A stretch of 64,000 nucleotides of DNA from a virus (lineage: Duplodnaviria > Caudoviricetes): positions 1 through 64,000 of IMG/VR virus record IMGVR_UViG_2706794597_000005; one strand, given 5' to 3'. How positions within the stretch are numbered: position 1 is the stretch's first letter; the number at the start of each line of letters is the position of its first letter. Made by a program: the position numbers and the translations under genes. The notes beneath the pieces are model-generated. The model ran no database searches. It was not told the DNA's origin and saw only the letters and a program-made list of their open reading frames with translations. Below, piece after piece: positions 1-9,576 of the stretch.

Positions 1-1716
1 TTACTCAGGAGTTTCATTTCTACGCTCCAAAGTAATTTCTGTGTCTTTTTGTTTTTCAACTAATGACATTATATACTCTTGAGCATCGTCACCAATCAAA
101 GGAAATAATTCGTTAATTGCCATATCTATTGACTCATACTTCTCTATTTTAATATCAATGTCATTTTCAAATGGTTTCTTTAAATAATAATCATCAAATG
201 ACTCCCCCATTATGGTTTCAAGTGAGCCCCCGAATGTTTCGGTATTTGGTTTTGACACAGTTGTGATATTATGTGTTAATGATATTTCACCTTCAGAACT
301 AACTTTCTCTCTCAAAATAGATACATTATTCTTAGATATTTCTCGTACAATAAAAGCAGAGTGAGTCGCAATAACAGCATATGATTTAGTTTCTTTGAGA
401 ATTCTTTTGAGCATTTTTATCAAACCGACTTCCAGTGAAGGATGTAGATAAAGTTCCGGCTCATCAAGAACTAACAAAGTTTCATCTTCAATCTCTGCCA
501 TTATAGAAGGTAACATATAAGAGTACATCATTTGTCCAGAACTTAATTCTATAACCTCACCTCCCTTTACAAAGCATATCCCTTTTTTAATATTAACCTT
601 ATCAAGGTCAATATGTTTTTCATTATCAATATTTATTATTTCATCATTTTTTTTATATAATCCAATGTAGTCAAATTTTAATGCCAATGATAATGTTTCT
701 TTCAGTAACTCATACCTTCCCTTATCTGCCCACCATGAGTTTTCGTTATCATAATCAAGTATATTTAAAATAGATTTTGCAGTTTTTTCCTTCGGCCACT
801 CTAAATCAAACTTATTTTTATCATTTTTAAACCCAATGTAATCATAAGCATTAATTCTTAGCGAACGAGACTTTTTAGCTTTATTTGATAAAGTTTTTTT
901 ACTATATTTTGAGTCAAGCTCATCCAACAATTTATCTTTAGTATGAAAAGTTTCAAATGGAGAATACGCTACCACAATTATTTTATGGAATAGCCCACTA
1001 ATTTCATCGTTTCTTTTGAGGCCAGTTATCCCATCTATAATTTCCTTTAGAATAAATGTCTTACCCAGTCCATTCTTACCTATGATCACATTTATGTTAT
1101 CAGCACTTATCTTTTTATTTTTGTTAAACGATAGTTCAATAGGTTCAAACGTTTCAGGAAGATCCAAATTATTAATCTTTATTTTTTCACTTGAGAAATC
1201 TTTCCCATTTGCAATTTGATAACCTTTTTTTATTAATGTTTCAGCTGATGATATATTTCGCAAAAATGCATCATGGTAGCCATCCCATTTGCTATAAATC
1301 TCACGCATCTCATAATAATATCCTGCATCACAGCAGTTAATTAAAAAATCATCTACTTCAATATTGTGTTCTAAACAAATAACTGATAATTTTTTATAAT
1401 AATCAACGCCATCTCCAATTGAAACTATTTTCGTCACCTCCATGAGGTCGTTTATAAGTAGTATTTCCTTTTTTTCTTTTTTTTCAATTCCATTATCAAT
1501 AAAATACTTAGCTGTAATATTTACTCCATCAATAAGGATTTTGGTCATGCCGACTTTTATTTTGTCGGTTTCATTAATAACAAGGAAAACTTGGAATAAT
1601 ATTTCAAATCCAAAGTCATCCCAAGGTGCATTGTGACCAGTACCTATATGATCTTGAATGAAATGGATTCCAGGAAATTCACCTATACTTTTAGTCTTTG
1701 AAAAAAAAACATCCAT
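1..1716 (-). CDS. ABC/AAA_21-type ATPase with N-terminal extension, Septu PtuA-like putative anti-phage protein
   Basis: Walker A GKNGLGKT, signature LSSGQ, Walker B/D-loop LVLDEPELYLHP, H-loop IATHS, C-terminal ETFG motif; AT-rich; starts 18 nt after int stop. Confidence 0.75.
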   Translation of the reverse strand: MDVFFSKTKSIGEFPGIHFIQDHIGTGHNAPWDDFGFEILFQVFLVINETDKIKVGMTKILIDGVNITAKYFIDNGIEKKEKKEILLINDLMEVTKIVSIGDGVDYYKKLSVICLEHNIEVDDFLINCCDAGYYYEMREIYSKWDGYHDAFLRNISSAETLIKKGYQIANGKDFSSEKIKINNLDLPETFEPIELSFNKNKKISADNINVIIGKNGLGKTFILKEIIDGITGLKRNDEISGLFHKIIVVAYSPFETFHTKDKLLDELDSKYSKKTLSNKAKKSRSLRINAYDYIGFKNDKNKFDLEWPKEKTAKSILNILDYDNENSWWADKGRYELLKETLSLALKFDYIGLYKKNDEIINIDNEKHIDLDKVNIKKGICFVKGGEVIELSSGQMMYSYMLPSIMAEIEDETLLVLDEPELYLHPSLEVGLIKMLKRILKETKSYAVIATHSAFIVREISKNNVSILREKVSSEGEISLTHNITTVSKPNTETFGGSLETIMGESFDDYYLKKPFENDIDIKIEKYESIDMAINELFPLIGDDAQEYIMSLVEKQKDTEITLERRNETPE

Positions 1717-1734
1717 CTATAATTCCTTTATTCT

Positions 1735-2733
1735 TTAAAGAGGATTAAGTTTTACTGCATCATCTAAATGCTCTGGCGCAAAGTGCGCATAACGCATTGT
1801 CATCTTTATATCGCTATGCCCTAATATTCTTTGTAAAACAAGAATATTTCCACCACTCATCATGAAATGACTGGCAAAAGTGTGACGTAGAACATGTGAA
1901 CACTGTCTATCTGGTAGTTTTATGTTCGTTCTCTTCAGTGCAGTGCGGAAGGCGGCATAGCATGAGGGGAATAAACGACCGGTCTTTTTGGGTAAAGTGT
2001 TAAATAATTCTTCACTGATTGGAATGCTGCGATTGCGCTTCCCTTTGGTTTTTGTGTAAGTAACTTTATATGGCATTACTTGCGTATGAGTCAGGCTTTC
2101 CGCTTCTGACCAACGTGCACCAGTGGCCAGACACAACCGCACAACGGTAGCCAACTCCGGTACTGTGCTGTTTTCACATTCTTTTAGAAGGTTAACGATC
2201 TGCTCTTTGGTCAGGAACGCCATTTCTTGCTCGTGGGTTCGATATTGGCGTACACCACGGAGGGGATTGTCGTAGCGCCACTCACTCAGGCGGGATAGTT
2301 CATTAAACATCGCCCGCATGTACGCCAATTCAATATTCAGCGTGCGTGGTGTTACGCCTTTGGTACGGGTGCCACGTAATATTTTCCCATTGAGTCGTTG
2401 TTCACGGTATTGAGAAAATGCTTTTGCAGTGAAATCTATGGCACGTGGATCACCAAGGTCACGGCACATATTGAGCAAGACCTGATGACGAGATTTACCA
2501 TCGCTCAAAGTGATGCCATGCGCCCGATGCCAAATCTCGATCAGCTCTGACAACAACCGCGTGTCCTGCTTTTCACCTAACCAAGGTTTGTTGTCTACCT
2601 GCTCCATAGTGAAACGCTCAAATGCCAGCGTTTCACCTTTCGTCACAAACTGCTTTCTTACTCGCTTCCCTTCCCTACCTGCCGGATAACATTCACAAAT
2701 CCATTTTCCGCTATTCAGTTTTCTTACTGCCAT
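1735..2733 (-). CDS. int: Tyrosine integrase, 186/HP1 type
   Basis: MAVRKL..GKWICECYP N-terminus; TGARWSE, HVLRHTFASHF, LGHSDIKMTMRYAH catalytic motifs. Confidence 0.97.
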   Translation of the reverse strand: MAVRKLNSGKWICECYPAGREGKRVRKQFVTKGETLAFERFTMEQVDNKPWLGEKQDTRLLSELIEIWHRAHGITLSDGKSRHQVLLNMCRDLGDPRAIDFTAKAFSQYREQRLNGKILRGTRTKGVTPRTLNIELAYMRAMFNELSRLSEWRYDNPLRGVRQYRTHEQEMAFLTKEQIVNLLKECENSTVPELATVVRLCLATGARWSEAESLTHTQVMPYKVTYTKTKGKRNRSIPISEELFNTLPKKTGRLFPSCYAAFRTALKRTNIKLPDRQCSHVLRHTFASHFMMSGGNILVLQRILGHSDIKMTMRYAHFAPEHLDDAVKLNPL

Positions 2734-2740
2734 ACACCGA

Positions 2741-3331
2741 TCACGCTTTACTAATAACGCGTTCCACTATGCCAATGATCTTTATATCTGCCAGAGCACA
2801 CTCAAATGGGGGTTTGATTTCTCCACCACTAATTCGGACGCGACCAACCGGGACTAACTCCAAATCGCGAATACTCTTCATTCCTTCAATTTCAACCAGC
2901 CACTTACCATCTAGCACAGTTTGAAATGACTTATTTACGATATAGGTACTATCTCCGTTATTGACAGCAATGAGATCATTTTGAGACTGAAGCAATGACT
3001 TATCGAATAAAACAGCGCCAGTATCACTAAGTATCCCTTTGTCTAAATTAAATAAATTAATTTTCTGAATTTGACTGTCCGTATCTTCGAACATCTGGCC
3101 TTCCCCCGTAGCCAGCCATTGCAATGATGCCCCCGTTTCAAGTGAGCACCACACCATAACTTGTGCGGGGTAAAAATCGCGACGCCACCATGTATTGAGA
3201 GTACTGTTACTAATTCCTGTGTAATCAGATAGTTCGGTTCTCGTTTTAAATCCATAGGCTTCCATGATTCGCTTCATGGCTTCTTGGCCACCTGAATTCG
3301 GATCATATCTGTCAGCATTTTTTTTATTCAT
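2741..3331 (-). CDS. cI: 186-type CI immunity repressor
   Basis: N-terminal HTH, SLQWLATGEG motif, position upstream of int and divergent from apl. Confidence 0.92.
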   Translation of the reverse strand: MNKKNADRYDPNSGGQEAMKRIMEAYGFKTRTELSDYTGISNSTLNTWWRRDFYPAQVMVWCSLETGASLQWLATGEGQMFEDTDSQIQKINLFNLDKGILSDTGAVLFDKSLLQSQNDLIAVNNGDSTYIVNKSFQTVLDGKWLVEIEGMKSIRDLELVPVGRVRISGGEIKPPFECALADIKIIGIVERVISKA

Positions 3332-3346
3332 TTAAACGTTCACCTG

Positions 3347-3375
3347 TTGACAATGTTTTATATAAACATCATCAT
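3347..3375 (+). promoter_or_regulatory. Early lytic promoter pR with palindromic CI operator in the spacer
   Basis: TTGACA-17nt-CATCAT; spacer ATGTTTTATATAAACAT is an inverted repeat. Confidence 0.6.
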
Positions 3376-3444
3376 TCTCAAAAGTGTTCAATTAAGTATT
3401 TTTTGTCGATTATCGTTTATCGAAGCCATTGGGAATGATGCCTT

Positions 3445-3717
3445 ATGAAACCAGTGATCTCAATCAATCTTGTAATTCCTAACCCCTACCTCCCTATTGA
3501 AGAGTTCTGCCGCCAGACTGGCCACGCGAAAACAACTGTGGTTGATATGGTTAGAGACGGCAGAATCACTATCAAACGTAAAGCCGATACCATCAGTGAG
3601 AAAACCGGTAAGCCCAAAACCAAATCTAAAATTGAAATCAACATGGTCGAACTGACCTTACGTGCACTTGCTGAGTCTAATTTTGATGTTCGTTTGAACG
3701 ATAAACCATTACGGTAA
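3445..3717 (+). CDS. apl: Apl/Cox-like excisionase-repressor
   Basis: Small wHTH (PYLPIEEFCRQTG), first gene of the early operon. Confidence 0.85.
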   Translation: MKPVISINLVIPNPYLPIEEFCRQTGHAKTTVVDMVRDGRITIKRKADTISEKTGKPKTKSKIEINMVELTLRALAESNFDVRLNDKPLR

Positions 3718-3744
3718 TTCTCCTGAATTATTGAGGTTAGCGCC

Positions 3745-4263
3745 ATGTTTGCAAATGGAACTGACAAACACCCTCATTGGGATTCAGCCTTGCGACGCTT
3801 TGCCGATACTGTCGAGATAAAGCGAGTCGCCGAAACCATTGGCATGAATCCCCAAACACTGCGCAATAAGTTGAATCCGGCACAGCCGCACGAACTGACA
3901 ACAGTGGAATTGCTGCGTATTACCCACGCCACGCAGAATTACACCCTGTTGGATGGTGCGCTGGCTGAACTGGGTCGTTTACCTTCATTGCCGTTGGAAA
4001 ATCCGCAGGAAGCCACTGATATTCCAACTCAGGCTCTCAAAATCAGTTCAGCCGCAGGAGAATTGGCTGGCGAATCACTGCAATTAATATCCGGCAGCCG
4101 ACTCACTAAAAAACGCAAAGACGCTATTGTCAGCCGCGCTAATAAAGCGGTCCGTGATCTGATGCTCTTTGCGTATGCCATTGAAGAGCGCTTTCACTCA
4201 ATACCGGTTTTAACTACTACGGTCGATTTGATCCAAACCGGAAGCTTTTCCGGTCTTTCGTAG
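3745..4263 (+). CDS. cII: 186-type CII lysogeny activator
   Basis: HPHWD..., GMNPQTLRNKLNPAQPHELT motif. Confidence 0.92.
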   Translation: MFANGTDKHPHWDSALRRFADTVEIKRVAETIGMNPQTLRNKLNPAQPHELTTVELLRITHATQNYTLLDGALAELGRLPSLPLENPQEATDIPTQALKISSAAGELAGESLQLISGSRLTKKRKDAIVSRANKAVRDLMLFAYAIEERFHSIPVLTTTVDLIQTGSFSGLS

Positions 4264-4275
4264 AAGGTCTGTAAT

Positions 4276-4452
4276 ATGCAAAACCCAATCTCAATTGCCC
4301 CATTACTCTGGCGTCAACAAGGCCACAATGCTGGCCGTGTTGAGATTAAACACGGCAGAGGTAAGCCAGGCATTATTATTCGCCCTGATGGTCGCCGTTG
4401 GGCACCACCACAAGGCACTTTTACTGATTCTCATCGGAGGATTGGTAAATGA
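4276..4452 (+). CDS. Fil/DUF2724-like small early protein (58 aa, absent from ORF track)
   Basis: My translation MQNPISIAPLLWRQQ...HGRGKPGII..DGRRW; position after cII as for 186 fil; stop overlaps next ATG. Confidence 0.7.
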   Translation: MQNPISIAPLLWRQQGHNAGRVEIKHGRGKPGIIIRPDGRRWAPPQGTFTDSHRRIGK

Positions 4453-4958
4453 GCATTCGCTGCGCTTTCGGTCCAGAACACCTTCGCGCAATGCCACTTC
4501 CTTTGCGTGCCGTTATCGGTAAACACTTTGCTGGCTCTCGCTGGCGGGATACCTGCAACTTTTACGACTCGATGCCAGAACGTTACCGGGCAACCGTCTG
4601 TTTTCATGCTGAACTGAAAAAACGCCACGCCCTACTCCAACTGGCGGAAATGGATGATAACGAGCGGCAACGCATCGTCAGTGCGTTAGATGAATTACGA
4701 CATCACTTTGCTAAATATCGCAAACACGCCATTAGCAATGTCGCCTTTATTCAACGGCTGCCCATTAGCGTGCGTAAGACCCTATTTCTTCATGCTGGAT
4801 TAAGTCATAAAGAGTTTAATCAACCGGCCAGCAATCTAGAAGAAGACGCTTGCCCGTGGCGGGAAACTTTAATAGCAGCATTACATGAGTTACTTAATTT
4901 ATTCGAAGATGCACCGGATATTTTAACTGCGGTTAAACCTGACGCTTATTTCAACTAA
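4449..4958 (+). CDS. B: P2 gpB-like replication protein
   Basis: IGKHF...RWRDTC..Y, TVCFHA.LK.RH, TLFLHAGL..KEFNQP resemble P2 B. Confidence 0.88.
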   Translation: MSIRCAFGPEHLRAMPLPLRAVIGKHFAGSRWRDTCNFYDSMPERYRATVCFHAELKKRHALLQLAEMDDNERQRIVSALDELRHHFAKYRKHAISNVAFIQRLPISVRKTLFLHAGLSHKEFNQPASNLEEDACPWRETLIAALHELLNLFEDAPDILTAVKPDAYFN

Positions 4959-5025
4959 TCATCGTATTTAAATTAATTGGCGTATGACCCGCCGGGTTTC
5001 CTACGCCCTGAATAAGGCCATAACC

Positions 5026-5277
5026 ATGCACATGTATAAAACCATAGGACAAGATATGCATACCCGCGCCCTTGAACAGGCGCGCCAACACCAACTGAAT
5101 CAAGCACGTAAGGAGGCTAAAGCCGATGCAGCTATCAGTTTCTCGTCATATTTAGACCGTCTCGCTACCCATGCCGCCAATCAACAGCTTTCCAGTAATG
5201 AAATTATCGAGTTGCTGCGTCAGGAATCCGAACAATTTCAACAATGTGGCTTTGAGTGCCACCAGAGTGATTTTTAA
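5026..5277 (+). CDS. DUF2732 (P2 orf80-like) protein
   Basis: LNQARKEAKADAA..FSSYLDRLA..EIIELLRQESE. Confidence 0.8.
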   Translation: MHMYKTIGQDMHTRALEQARQHQLNQARKEAKADAAISFSSYLDRLATHAANQQLSSNEIIELLRQESEQFQQCGFECHQSDF

Positions 5278-5288
5278 GGAGATCTGAA

Positions 5289-5507
5289 ATGCCCGATATG
5301 TTCGATCACTCTCAAGAGCTGCAACAGCTCCAGTTAGAACACCAGATAGCGGCAGCCAGAACCAACACCCTGATGCCATCCGCTTTTATATGCGCCGACT
5401 GTGATTCTCCCATTCCTGAAGCACGTCGCGCCGCATTGCCGGGTGTGCAGTGCTGTGTCCACTGCCAGCAGATTAGAGAAATAAAACGCAAACACATCCG
5501 CGCATGA
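5289..5507 (+). CDS. TraR/DksA C4 zinc-finger protein (orf82-like)
   Basis: CADCDSPIPEARR.ALPGVQCCVHCQ. Confidence 0.9.
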   Translation: MPDMFDHSQELQQLQLEHQIAAARTNTLMPSAFICADCDSPIPEARRAALPGVQCCVHCQQIREIKRKHIRA

Positions 5508-7774
5508 CCTCAGTTAATCGGGGGCGCTTTGCCCCCTCGCCACCGCCGCCATTTACGGTAAGTTGCCGCGAGACTTTCGTCGGCGCTTATCCGTGGAATG
5601 CACCACGCAAAGCCATAGGTCGTGAAAGACAACTTACCCGTGAAGAATACCTTCAGGGGCAAGCTGTTTTAAATAAAATCAACAGTCTGCCGTATTTCCT
5701 GCGCTCGCTGTTTATCAGCCGCCATGCCAATCTACAAAAGCACCAAGGCCAATTAGCTGCTAATAAGTATCTGGCTCTCAACTTTATGCAGCTTATTTGG
5801 CCACGCATTCAAACCGTAAGCCAAAAGCATGGTTTAAAACACGATATCGCCCTTGGTTTTTTAAGCGAGGAAGAGACTTATTTAAGTCTGCCAGGCATGA
5901 ATGATAAAGAACTGGTTAGATTTGCAGGCCGTATTTCTGCACAGTTATTTTCTGCCTATGAAGAACTTAGCGATACCTATATTGCTGAACATAATGGTGA
6001 TAAAACAGCACTATTCAACGATAGCGCACAAACCAAACTCTATGGCCATATTGCTGGCATGGCGCGGTCATTAAATGTTACCCCGCTACACTGGCGTAAA
6101 TATCGTAAAGGTAAGTTAACTATGCGCCACGCGTTCTCCGCTATTGCCCGATTGGTCAATGATGAATGGTGGACGCGTCAGCTTAAAGCTCTGCGCACCC
6201 GTTGGCGAGAAGCACTCTTAATTGCAGTGGGCGAAGTGAATCGCCACAAATCCGGTTATGCCAGCAAGCAGGCGATTAAAGATATTCAATCGCGCCGTTT
6301 GTCTAATATGGAATTTCTGAAAGGCTGCGAACTGGAAAATGTTAATACCGGTGAACGTATCGATCTGATCGATAAAGTGCTGGCCAGTATCTCTAATCCA
6401 GAAATTCGCCGCATGGAATTGATGAATACCATCGCGGGTATTGAGAAATATGCCGCTAATATGCAACACGTCGGCATGTTCATCACCATCACAACCCCTT
6501 CCAAATACCACCCAACTCGCGTGGTAGAGAATAGTGAAAAAGAGAAAGTCCTGTTTAATCACAAATGGGATAAAGAGGCATTTACGCCCAAAGATGGCCA
6601 GCGTTACCTGTGCAAAATCTGGAGCAAGATGCGCACCGCGTTCAAAGATAACGACCTGAAAGTTTACGGCATGCGCGTGGTCGAGCCTCACCACGATGGC
6701 ACCCCTCACTGGCATATGATGCTGTTTTGTAAGCGTCAGCATCGCCGACAGGTGATCGACATCATGCGCCGTTATTCTCTAATGGAAGACGGTGACGAAC
6801 GTGGTGCTGAGCAAAACCGCTTTGAATGCAAGCGCATGAGAAAAGGCGGTGCGGCTGGCTATATCGCGAAATACATTGCCAAGAATATCGACGGTTATGC
6901 ACTGGATGGCGAACTGGATCATGAAACTGGCCAGCCGCTAACTGAAACCGCTGCTGCCGTCACCGCTTGGGCGGCAACGTGGCGCATCCCTCAATTCCAT
7001 CCAATTGGCATTCCAACTATGGGAGCTTATCGCGAATGCCGCCGCATTCGTGGCCTGAGTCTTGCAGAAAGATTCGATGATCAGGTTGAAGCGGTACGTG
7101 CTGCCGCTGATACCGGTGATTTTGCCGCCTATATCACTCAACAAGGTGGGGCCAACGTACCGCGCGAGCAGCAAACCATTCGGGTGGCTCGTAAGGTGGC
7201 CGAAGAACTTAACGCCTATGACGAAGAAGTACAAAAGGTGATCGGCATTTATGCCCCTCATCTCGGCGAATCTAAGATTTATGAAACCCGTTCAACCCAA
7301 TGGCGTATTGTCGCCAAGGCCGTTGACGTTGAGTTTTTGACTTTAAAAAGCGCCTCTGGCGCGCCTCGGAGTCCTGTCAATAACTGTGGGTTCGATGCTG
7401 AAGTAACCACCGTTGAACCGACAGAATTACCGCCTGAAAACATCTATTCACCGGTGAATACACCTATAAATTGGGATGATGAAGGCAATGTGCTGCTGAT
7501 TAAGTCAATTTTGCGCGGGCAAACTCCCACTATTAACCATAAACAGCGCCCCTATGACCCGTACCACTGTCGCGAGGCCGCGCCTTCTGCCCGCCTGACA
7601 CAAGAAGAACGGGCACGTTTGCCCCAAATTCGAGCCGAACTGACCGCTAAAGGTATCCAGCCCACACGGTGGGAGCTGGAGGCGCTGACGCGTGGAGCCA
7701 AAATCCACTTTGACGATCTGGTATTTCACTATCCACCGTTAGATACATGGGGAGACATAACTAAAGATTTATAG
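5504..7774 (+). CDS. A: Rolling-circle replication endonuclease gpA
   Basis: HUH motif VEPHHDGTPHWH, YIAKYIAKNIDG catalytic tyrosines. Confidence 0.97.
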   Translation: MTSVNRGRFAPSPPPPFTVSCRETFVGAYPWNAPRKAIGRERQLTREEYLQGQAVLNKINSLPYFLRSLFISRHANLQKHQGQLAANKYLALNFMQLIWPRIQTVSQKHGLKHDIALGFLSEEETYLSLPGMNDKELVRFAGRISAQLFSAYEELSDTYIAEHNGDKTALFNDSAQTKLYGHIAGMARSLNVTPLHWRKYRKGKLTMRHAFSAIARLVNDEWWTRQLKALRTRWREALLIAVGEVNRHKSGYASKQAIKDIQSRRLSNMEFLKGCELENVNTGERIDLIDKVLASISNPEIRRMELMNTIAGIEKYAANMQHVGMFITITTPSKYHPTRVVENSEKEKVLFNHKWDKEAFTPKDGQRYLCKIWSKMRTAFKDNDLKVYGMRVVEPHHDGTPHWHMMLFCKRQHRRQVIDIMRRYSLMEDGDERGAEQNRFECKRMRKGGAAGYIAKYIAKNIDGYALDGELDHETGQPLTETAAAVTAWAATWRIPQFHPIGIPTMGAYRECRRIRGLSLAERFDDQVEAVRAAADTGDFAAYITQQGGANVPREQQTIRVARKVAEELNAYDEEVQKVIGIYAPHLGESKIYETRSTQWRIVAKAVDVEFLTLKSASGAPRSPVNNCGFDAEVTTVEPTELPPENIYSPVNTPINWDDEGNVLLIKSILRGQTPTINHKQRPYDPYHCREAAPSARLTQEERARLPQIRAELTAKGIQPTRWELEALTRGAKIHFDDLVFHYPPLDTWGDITKDL

Positions 7775-7820
7775 CTAAATCGCCATATCCGAACAAAGTC
7801 TCATAAAAACATTGATGTAC

Positions 7821-7867
7821 TTGACTAACGAAATCGCCCGAAACAATAATACTGTATATTTATACAG
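7821..7867 (+). promoter_or_regulatory. SOS-inducible promoter with LexA box upstream of tum
   Basis: TTGACT (7821) / AATAAT (7845), then CTGTATATTTATACAG (7852-7867), matching CTG-N10-CAG. Confidence 0.85.
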
Positions 7868-7886
7868 ATAGTAAGGAGAGATAAAT

Positions 7887-8081
7887 ATGGAAAACATTGA
7901 ACAAATCTATCTTGCCCTGTCACGTATACAATTCATCGCTGAGATTTCACTCACCGCATGCTGCAAGCATGAAGAAATGGAAATGGCACTCTACCTAATC
8001 TCTGATTTAGCGGACGAATGCTTGCCAAATAATGGGCATGAGGAAGTGTTCTATAAGGCTTCACCAGACTGCACACGATGA
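7887..8081 (+). CDS. tum: Tum-like antirepressor (N-terminal domain only)
   Basis: RIQFIA...C...EMEMAL.LI.DLA resembles the 186 Tum N-terminus; LexA box upstream; follows gene A. Confidence 0.75.
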   Translation: MENIEQIYLALSRIQFIAEISLTACCKHEEMEMALYLISDLADECLPNNGHEEVFYKASPDCTR

Positions 8082-8202
8082 TTAAAAATGTTTACCAAGA
8101 GTAAATCCCGAAATAGCGTGAAACTGGCGATATTCCAATAGTAAATTCATGTTTGCTAATATGTGCCTGCATTTTTTATCAGCACACGCAGAAAGGAATA
8201 CT

Positions 8203-8268
8203 ATGAATAGCGTAATCGCTTTTTTGTCTCTGTCGCTTTTATTGATGGCCACATTAAACCGTCACTAG
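8203..8268 (+). CDS. 21-aa hydrophobic peptide, candidate type I toxin
   Basis: MNSVIAFLSLSLLLMATLNRH with SD AAAGGA; SD region GGAATAC is complementary to GTATTCC just after the stop. Confidence 0.45.
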   Translation: MNSVIAFLSLSLLLMATLNRH

Positions 8269-8538
8269 ACGTATTCCAGGCCAAAACAGTGACAAAGACC
8301 CAATCGTTAGCTCCCTTGATGGGATATAGGCCAAGCTTCGGTAAGTAACATGGGTACTTTGTCACTTTTTATCATTCAACTCATGACGCTATACCATAGA
8401 AAGTGAGGATTGATATGCATCAACTGCCTAGGGACATTCCCTAGTAGTATACCTTCAGAGTTTAAAACCTTATTTGGACCACCATAAACTACAGGTGATA
8501 TCATTAATCATCTGTAAACCTTGAGAATATGCAGCTAA

Positions 8539-9408
8539 ATGATTTCACAATATGAATACGTCGTTCGCCAATTAGCTAGGACGAAAAACAAAAAACACGA
8601 GCAATATGTCGTTACTGGCATTGTGCATAAGCTAAACCGCGACGACATAAAATTCGTTACTCAGCAGTACGTGAAAAGAGAATCAGGGCGAGCACTGACC
8701 GATCTTTATTTCCCAGCCATCAACCTGCATATTGAGATCGATGAACGCTTCCATCTCAAACAAGCCGAACACGATAATCTTCGAGAAGCCGATATTATTG
8801 ATGCTACTGGCCATGAGGTTATTCGCATCTCAGTTGATGGTTCATTACGTCAGATGAACGAACGTATAGACGATTGTGTTGCTGCAATCAAGTCTAAGAT
8901 CGGTGCATTAGGCGATTGCTTTGAGCCTTGGGATATGGATAAAGAGCTATCTATCGAACCTCATATCCGCAGAGGCTATATCGATGTGAAAGATAACGTA
9001 GCATTCCGCAGGATTACTGATGCCTGTAACTGTTTCGGCCATAACTACAAGTTTCTCCAGAAGGCCGGAGCCAAACACCCCTACCATGACGACATACTTA
9101 TCTGGTTGCCCAAACTTTTTGATAATGAGCACTGGAGCAATCAGATCTCTAATGATGAAAACGTCATTACTGAAATACCTAAGTCCGAAGATGCCCAAGC
9201 GGCTCACTTTGATAAATGGATGGCAGAAACGAGAAATAAACGTCTAGTTTTTGCAAAAGCCAAAGATAATTTAGGAATGACTCTTTACCGCTTTAAAGGG
9301 CTTTATGAGTTAAACCCCAAGAAAAGCAATCGTACCATAGGCCTATATTGGCAACGTATTTCTACTAGGGTGAAAACCTATCCATCACCGGCAAGAAACC
9401 CTGATTGA
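8539..9408 (+). CDS. PvuRts1I/AbaSI-family modification-dependent (5hmC/glc-5hmC) restriction endonuclease
   Basis: K.HEQYVV..IVH.L...DIKFVTQQ, DLYFP.INLHIEIDE.FH (Vsr-like); C-terminal IWLPKLF...WSN and LYRFKGLY (SRA-like), aligning by eye with PvuRts1I. Confidence 0.88.
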   Translation: MISQYEYVVRQLARTKNKKHEQYVVTGIVHKLNRDDIKFVTQQYVKRESGRALTDLYFPAINLHIEIDERFHLKQAEHDNLREADIIDATGHEVIRISVDGSLRQMNERIDDCVAAIKSKIGALGDCFEPWDMDKELSIEPHIRRGYIDVKDNVAFRRITDACNCFGHNYKFLQKAGAKHPYHDDILIWLPKLFDNEHWSNQISNDENVITEIPKSEDAQAAHFDKWMAETRNKRLVFAKAKDNLGMTLYRFKGLYELNPKKSNRTIGLYWQRISTRVKTYPSPARNPD

Positions 9409-9557
9409 AACGGTAGATGCTATTCGCAACCCATGCATGCATTGAGCGCATGAATTTGCATGACGATCCGCTGCCAAATTTGAGCGCACCAAGCCAGTAC
9501 TGGCGCGGATCTACCACGATCACGCAACTGCATGAAAAGCCCCCTATAAAGCGGGCA

Positions 9558-9576
9558 GGCGTGGCGGGGATAGTAT
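9558..9576 (+). other. cos site (19-nt cohesive end)
   Basis: GGCGTGGCGGGGATAGTAT closely matches the 186/P2 cohesive end; preceded by TGCATG repeats. Confidence 0.85.

Noticed and set aside
1-1734. Retron-associated ATPase
   Set aside because: No reverse transcriptase or room for msr-msd upstream in the window; only 18 nt separate it from int. It cannot be excluded beyond the left edge.
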